Assembly (NCBI GenBank): GCA_030141605.1
Contig: JAQGDQ010000002.1
Location: forward strand, 2,666,001-2,730,000
Reading direction: 5' to 3'
Length of the DNA: 64,000 nucleotides
Origin: Tubiluchus corallicola
Lineage: Eukaryota > Animalia > Priapulida
Below, one piece after another: positions 50,721 to 64,000 of the stretch. The position numbers and the translations under genes are program-made. Numbering within the stretch: position 1 is the stretch's first letter; each line of letters opens with the position of its first letter. The notes beneath the pieces are model-generated. The model ran no database searches, was not told the origin of the DNA, and saw nothing but the letters and a program-made list of their open reading frames with translations.

Positions 50721-51647
50721 ATATAGATCCTTATTTATTTGAATAAGTTATTCTGGAAGATAAGTAGGGCGAAACTGACTCATTTTCCGGCTTATTCGCC
50801 TAAATGCAGCTGTGAACTATTTCGGTAAAACCTAGCAATTTATGTTTTCACACATTATTGCTTTGAGCTTCTCTGTCTCACTTAGAAAACTGTTCCAGTT
50901 TTTATTTCTGTGCTAAAATATGTTTAGTGCTTTTTGTTTCTTGTGCTTTTTAGTGCTTTGACCTACACTCTTTTCTTTGCTACCCGTTTTTTTGGACAAC
51001 AGATTGTTGCTACAACACTTATTGCTGCCATTTAACAATCTTTACATTGTAGCACTTCATTTCTGTTTATTGCTTTAGATTTCTCCACAGACTATGTGTT
51101 CAATGCTTTTAGTTTGGTATAGGAACTAACGATATATAATATAGACAGAGCCCTTCTAAGGCCATCCATCAACAGTGACGACCAATGATCCAGAAACCTC
51201 ACTCACATTGAATCACACTAGCAGCAGATATGTGAAGCCATTTGTAAGTTAGCTAGTTTGATAAAAAAACTGCTACAAATCTGATAGAAACGGCAGAATA
51301 TTTATTTCTTTTTCTCAATAGTATTCTAGCTGAAAATTTATAAATTTTAAGTTTTCAAAAGACTGTAGTCTACATGTGTTTTGTTAAATAAGTACATATT
51401 GAATCACATTTGTGTGTTCTCTGTATATGTTATATCAAAAGCATTAGCTGTGTAAGCAAGTAGCACTGAATATATGTATGTGCATTGTGCATGTATGCTT
51501 GTGTGCGTGTGTCTGTGTGTTAGTAGCTGTGTAGAAACTTGTTATTATAAATTATTTTTAGGTATTTGGGACAGATTAGAAGAACAGGCATCTTGAGCTC
51601 CATCGGATGTTGTTGCAGAAGGAAGCACAATATTGCATTAAAGAAAA

Positions 51648-52945
51648 ATGAGCAAATTTATATCGAGCTTGAGAGGATGGATAGGAATTGTTTCCATTAT
51701 GGCTTTTCTAAATACCATACAGTGCTTCATAGACTATCAATTTCTCAAGAAAAACCTGTACAATCAATTTCAGGATGCTGGTTTGTATAAAGTGCTAATT
51801 AGTTCTTCAAAAAATTGTGTTTTTAGGCACACAAAGTTAAAATTCAGTCATTCATAACTTTAGATCTTTGTTCTAGTGATTTTCAATGTATTTACCAACT
51901 ATTGCTATATTTCAATTATTAATTTAGTTAATTGCACTGGAAACTGATGTCACAATTATTGAAAAATTATAATTTTAAAACTCTGCTGTTAAGCAAGCCA
52001 TTATCAAACTTTTTGTTCATTATACTGGCAGCATCTGTTTTAAAATTTTGTACAAAATGAAATTTTCTCGTTCTTATAGATATTGATAATTGATAAGTAT
52101 GATGCAAGGCTATATTTTGTAAGCAGTGCATTGTGACAATGTACAGGCAGCGTAAGTGATAAGGTGAAAATTAGGAAATACATTGTTATCTCATGATATA
52201 CAAGTTTAGTTCAATCAGCAGCACATCAATAACTCAGTATATTGAAGAGTAGTATTTAGGATAGTCATAAATGTATTTGCTGTTAAATCATCTCGTCATT
52301 TGCAGTTAGTGTGCTTAAGGTTAATTTAAAGATAAAAAAGACCTGCGCAGTTCATCAATTAAGCTTAATGAACACCTAAATTTTTTGACGTGAATTACAA
52401 GCTTAAAAGTTACCGATATGTATGAGCAAAGCTGCGTTAATTTTGCAATAAACCGTGATGTCAGCATGGCTCCAAGCCTATCTTGTAGTATGATTTTCCA
52501 CTTATAAGTAGAAAAATTTTTGGCTAAGAAATTAGTTTAAAGTATCACTGAAAAAACAATGGCATGAGCATCAAACATGGCCGAAGAGATATATTAATTT
52601 AGCTGGAATTAATTGTTTTGTTTTCAGTGAATCCACTAATGGCTAGGTTATTTGGTGTCTGGACCTTGCTAGCAGCTGTTATCAGAATAACCTGTGCATG
52701 TGATCTTACAAATCGACCGTATGTATGTGTTTCTCATTCTGCGTGGTGTTTTTTAAACTTCACTCAGAGATGCAGGCTGTCTGTGTAAAAGGATCTATGT
52801 AACTTAGTCGATAATTTTTATAGAAAATCGATGATAAATGTAAATCATTTGCTAATTTTGTCAAATTAAAAAGACATATGTTCATGTATGACAACATTGC
52901 AAATATTTTTAGTACTTAGATGAAGATGTAGACATCAGAAATAAC

Positions 52946-52992
<47 letters not shown>

Positions 52993-54966
52993 TAGCTTGT
53001 CTCAAAAAGTCACTACAGACTTTGATTTCTAACTTTCTTTTCAAATTTTTCTCCAATCTCACAATGTTTGTACATGAATTAAATGGGTCTTTGGAAAATG
53101 TTTTGCTGTACAGTATAAGATTTAACAGGTTCACCAGACCATTATAATGATAAGCTATGGAAGGCGTTCGCAATACTAGATTTCCCTATCTGGTGGATTG
53201 GCCAGAGAGGCACTCTACCATATAACACACTGCAGCAATTTGACAGATTTTGGTCTCTGTGTTTTTTTTTTGAGAAATGTTTACACAACAAGACTTAGAC
53301 GGTTTATGAACTTGATATTACATGTATAATTAAAGATTATTATGCAAACATTTAACTTCAAATGCTGATGCGGAAAACGCATATGTTAAATATTAGCTGA
53401 AGTGATTTGAAAAAAATGCACGTATCAAGTTGCGCCACTAATGTAAAGATTCTTCTATTTTGACTAAATGAATTCCTAAAAGTTTTAGTTCATCTGTACC
53501 TATTTTCAGACACTTTGCTTTTTTTGTTAAAAAATTATACAAAAATATAAAGTGTATAGTGACTTATGAGACACTCTGTGTATTATCTTTTCCATAACTT
53601 GATAATAATATAACATTTCACCTTTAACATAATATACTCCACATCTTCTACTGGTAATTTTAGCATTTAAACTGAATGCATAATTATGCATAGCAGAACT
53701 TGTAATCAATGGTATCACTATATCTTCACTGTTTATCGTGGTCCACTTGCAAATTTACGATTCTAGTGTACCCCTATACCAGTGTGCTTAATACTAATGT
53801 ATCAGAACCTATGCAACTGTATACTCATGCAACAGTTTTACTATTTTCAGGTTGTACAATGTTACTCTTGTAACATTTCTGCTGGCTTTTGGTCATTTTT
53901 GTAGTGAAGCTGTCTATTATCAAACTGCCACCTTAGACGTTGGTCTTATGGCTCCTTTGTTAGTATCTGGTGAGTATTCTAGTTGTTTAAATGTTAATAA
54001 TTTAATTCATTTTTTTCGGCTTTCAGTTGCAATTCTCATGAATTTCATTTTTATTTGATAGGCAGGTGATTGTAATTTGTACTCTATATTAATAATAATA
54101 AATAATAATTAATAATTTATTGAATATTTTTAATGCATTTTACATGATGATCAAATGCATTTTACAAATAAAAGATCATCAAAATTACTAAAAAATTAAT
54201 TCATAAGATCTTTAAGACAATGACATATTGATTGATTAAAAGTACATTGAATATGACAAAAAAGGAAAAATAATAAAAACACAGAAAATTTTGTAAAATA
54301 GTAATAGCAATGCCATAAACCATACACAATAGTAAGTAATAGTAAGTAGGTACAGAAGTCTTTGCTTTTTTAACATGTACATGTGCTAAAGGGCACGGAA
54401 CGGTTCTTTTGCTCGCATTAGGAAAATTTTATCAAATCGCGTGAATATGCAGAAAAAACCCATTTATTCTTTACTTCTATTGTCTTGCTAAGCAGGGGTG
54501 AGTCAGAACTAGCATGTAGTCAATTATTGTGGCTACCATCAATTAAGAGTTTTATAATATTTTACAACAGTCATTTGGTATTTGACGAATGATGGTGTGT
54601 ACTTTTTTGGGCAGTCAAGGAAATGTGAATTTAATAATGGACTTTTTATCTCAGCAGTAAAACATTCGTACATCATGCAATGAAGGCTGACCATTTCACG
54701 ACACCATCTCAGATGACTAATGAAATATCAGGTCTATTATAGCTACTTCTTAGGAAAGTTAACATTTTATTTATTAAGTCCCAGTGAATTAGCAAATTAT
54801 TTATCTAAGGAAACTTGCACCGTATTTTTGTGTTATTTCAGGTGTATCAATTGTGTGGATGATCATAGGCTATTGGTATGTCTGGGCAGTTGATGAAGAA
54901 GAAGATGAAGAAAACTTTAAAAAATTTAAAAAGAAATCTGAAAAGAAAGCAAAGAAAGTGAATTGA
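51648..54966 (+). CDS. ERG28: Ergosterol biosynthesis protein 28 homolog (155 aa); exons 51648-51780, 52628-52718, 53851-53969, 54842-54966
   Basis: MSKFISSLRGWIGIVSIMAFLNTIQCF...LY...VNPLMARLFGVWTLLAAVIRITCACDLTNRPLYNVTLVTFLLAFGHFCSEAVYYQTA...GLMAPLLVSGVSIVWM is colinear with animal ERG28. Phases 1,2,1 are consistent (468 nt). C-terminal KKVN ER-retrieval motif. Confidence 0.95.
52948..52991. repeat. (AAT)n microsatellite
   Basis: Perfect AAT run in an ERG28 intron. Confidence 0.9.
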
Positions 54967-56570
54967 CAGCACTTGTTTGCTAATTGTTTGCTTAAAGTGT
55001 AAATATAAATACATAAATATTAAGTGTTGTTAATATTCTTCTGCTTATATAAATTTAATTTTATGTATCTTAGTTATTAATTTTTTGAATGTCTGCTACA
55101 TAGGTATCATTTTATGTAAACATCCGAAATATATGTATATATGCATCCGAAATGCACTCGGCTAAATCTCAATTTACAATCACACTTTGTGGTTTTGTAT
55201 TTTACATATTATGCAATAAATGACTTGGATCATTTGTTAGTCATTTTGCAGCACTAGTGCTACATTTCTAAATGTTAAAATTAGAAAGTGAAAATGATAA
55301 GAGCTTGAAAATTCTGCAGAGCTGCCATTTACACAGATTATCGGCTCTCATTTGTCATCCATGACCTCCAAATGATCTCTGACTTACCTTAAGCTTAAAT
55401 AACACAATTTAAGCTGTCTTCGAGTTTTAGTTGGTGTGCTACATGGCACTTTTTCTATATCAAAGGTGAAAATTTTAACAACTCAAAAATAAAAGCTTTG
55501 TTACAAAGACAAGCTATACTTTGCACATTCCTGATCAACTGAAAACAAGCAGCATAATGTGACAATGGCTTAATATTGCTTAGAATATCACGAGAGGCAC
55601 TTCCAATAGAGAGCTTTTTGTATATATTTCTATTTCTTAGACCTTTAATTCGTTTTCAATAAACGCCTAGAACAATGCTAAAACACCTTGAAGAACGCAT
55701 AGAACAATGGCTTACAACTCTTGGTTTTGGTAAGGCGCTATAAGATAGGTCAAAAGAATGACAAATTGATATATGAATGTACTTATAACTTTGAAGATCA
55801 AATGCTAGGTGAGAGTTTATCCTCAAATTATGTAACGTCCACGCTTAGTGTCGTAATGTGCCACGAGACTCTAGCATTAGTTGCTTAATTCGTGAATTTT
55901 ATTAAAACAATAAAATATGTAAGCATTTTTTCACGTAATGTAATTATTTAAGGCAAAGGCAGCAAAGCGTTTTTAAAAGGCCGATAATTAAAACACGATA
56001 GTATTCTTTGCCATAAGCATAATAAAGCATTTGATATAAGATATCAGTCCCACGACGCAGGTTTTTAGTATGACATTTTTTGGCGTACGAACTGCTTTTA
56101 AGATAAAAGTAATGATTAAAAAGAGACCGAACTGCACTTTTGAAGAAGCAAATTTACGCGTGAAAGATATTAACGGCATGCTCAACTGTGCAGAAAAGGA
56201 CAACTATAATGTTCATTTGTGCATATAGACCTAAATTACATCACCTGTTCAGGCTGTAGGCCTACGCCTATTTACTTACACACGCAGCGGTAAATTATAC
56301 GCTTAGAGAGTTGAAACGTCAATGACGTCGTCATGCACAAGGTACAAATTTTTTTTTACTAGATTACTAAACTAGTGATTATCTCAATACGTTGTAACTT
56401 TCAAAGATTTTATAATAGTCATTCGAAGCTGAAAACAGATCAGATTTGAAAGTTGCTAATTTTTTAAGTGTCACCGTCTTCATCTGCCGTGGGATTTCAG
56501 TATCATTAATAGTGAATTGACTGGTTGAGCTATTAGAATTGAATTAGGACCTGTCTATACAAACAAACTT

Positions 56571-56648
56571 GGCGTGATCTAGTGGTTATAATGTTAGACT
56601 TGTAATCCGGTCGCTAGTTAAAATCCAGGGTCTGTTGCAACTTTTTTA
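56571..56648 (+). other. Degenerate tRNA-like (SINE head) sequence
   Basis: GGCGTGATCTAGTGGTTA (A box) ... GTTAAAATCC (decayed B box), followed by a T run. The cloverleaf is not intact. Confidence 0.4.
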
Positions 56649-57770
56649 AATTCCTTTCCTTCCTTTCAAGTTTGTATTCAAACTAAAATTTGAAAATTCT
56701 TTCAATGGCACCCACGTGTCCTCGGGTGCAACCGGGAGAAACAAAAAAGTGTTACTTTCAGCATTTTTAGACTTTTCCAAAACGTAAAGCGTGTACACAA
56801 AAAACATTCGTGCGCCGTTTTGTGAAGATATCCTGACTTCCTAGCTGTTTCTTGGCCTTCGTTAAAATACCCCCTCCAATCATAATTTTTTTTTAAAACA
56901 AAGGGGCTGAGTCTGCGTTTTACTGAGTACAATTCTACTTATTACAATAAGTCAATTTGAATTCAAGTCGTATTTAATTATGTGTTTAATTGAAGGGATT
57001 TTGAAAAATGCGCTTAAATACTAGTAATACAAACAAATATTGCTGTCTTTTAGTCAGTTTTAATAACATATAATAATACTTTCAGCTATACGTATCTGTC
57101 ACTCGAAGCTATGCCTACGTTTGAACTGGCTTCTTTGTGAAATGGGCTAAAAACATAACGATTTGGCTTATAACGCAGACTGAACATTTTACGAAAGTGA
57201 AAAGTGGTAGTCTTTCAATGGGGACAACAATAACTAGTCGCCATTTGAATTACAGTGATTGCCATTAATTACTGAAATAATCTTTATAACAGAAACACAT
57301 TAGGCTGTTATGTTATTTGCAAAAGATCAGTGCTAACGTATTGAAGTCTAACAAACGTTCTTAAATTGTGAGCTGGGCACCCCTCGTACAAACCAATGTT
57401 CCATTCCAATCATAGGTCCAAATTTTTATACAAGTGTGGCAGTATATCCATCTTGTAAACTACAGCTTGCATTTCGTTGTTGGTTTTCAATCTTGGAAGT
57501 GTTTGGCAAGCGTGTGTAAGTTATTTAAATTTTAATTTTGGAATATTTTAAAACAAACTACAATATAATCTAAGCTTCAAATGTTGCAGTTTTATGACAG
57601 AATCTTCACTTTTAGAGCTTTATTAAGTCGGACTGTGTTTCTAATTAATACAGATTTTTGTAATATGATAAGTCAGTATTATTGTCTCAACATTTTGCGT
57701 TTGAACATACACCTATGTTTCTCGTATTACACGCTAATGATTTTTTCGCTAAATTTTAGCTACCCAAGCC

Positions 57771-64000
<6,230 letters not shown>

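Noticed and set aside
56571-56648. Intact tRNA gene
   Set aside because: The B box is degenerate (GTTAAAATCC), and the acceptor and T stems do not pair.

Overview
This window is AT-rich genomic DNA from an invertebrate animal. It has spliced genes, and its 5S copy resembles lophotrochozoan 5S as I recall it; nothing looks prokaryotic. Six genes can be reconstructed by hand with phase-consistent splicing. (1) A secreted Gly/Tyr/His/Asp-rich protein of about 869 aa with about 28 GYGDPH-type octamer repeats. (2) A secreted poly-Asp/poly-Arg protein ending in a TSP1-like domain. (3) A minus-strand DUSP-fold pseudophosphatase whose catalytic Cys is replaced by Ser, with RFX X-box motifs far upstream. 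(4) A PPC/DUF296 protein, arranged head-to-head with (5) ERG28. (6) A secreted Tyr-rich protein with four EGF repeats, a GC-AG intron and an unrecognised Cys-rich domain that runs off the window end. The tail of a seventh gene may occupy the first 2 kb. Mobile DNA includes a deleted Gypsy element with a tRNA-Leu-like PBS, a DD41D Tc1/mariner derivative, a Harbinger-type MITE, a piggyBac remnant, LINE fragments and a 3x454-bp tandem array. The most striking items are a complete-looking tripartite SINE (full 5S head, RTE-like 5' UTR with a possible HDV-like ribozyme, RTE-like 3' tail) and the set of lineage-specific secreted 'materials' proteins. All gene models and family calls come from reading the sequence and from recall; no searches were run.
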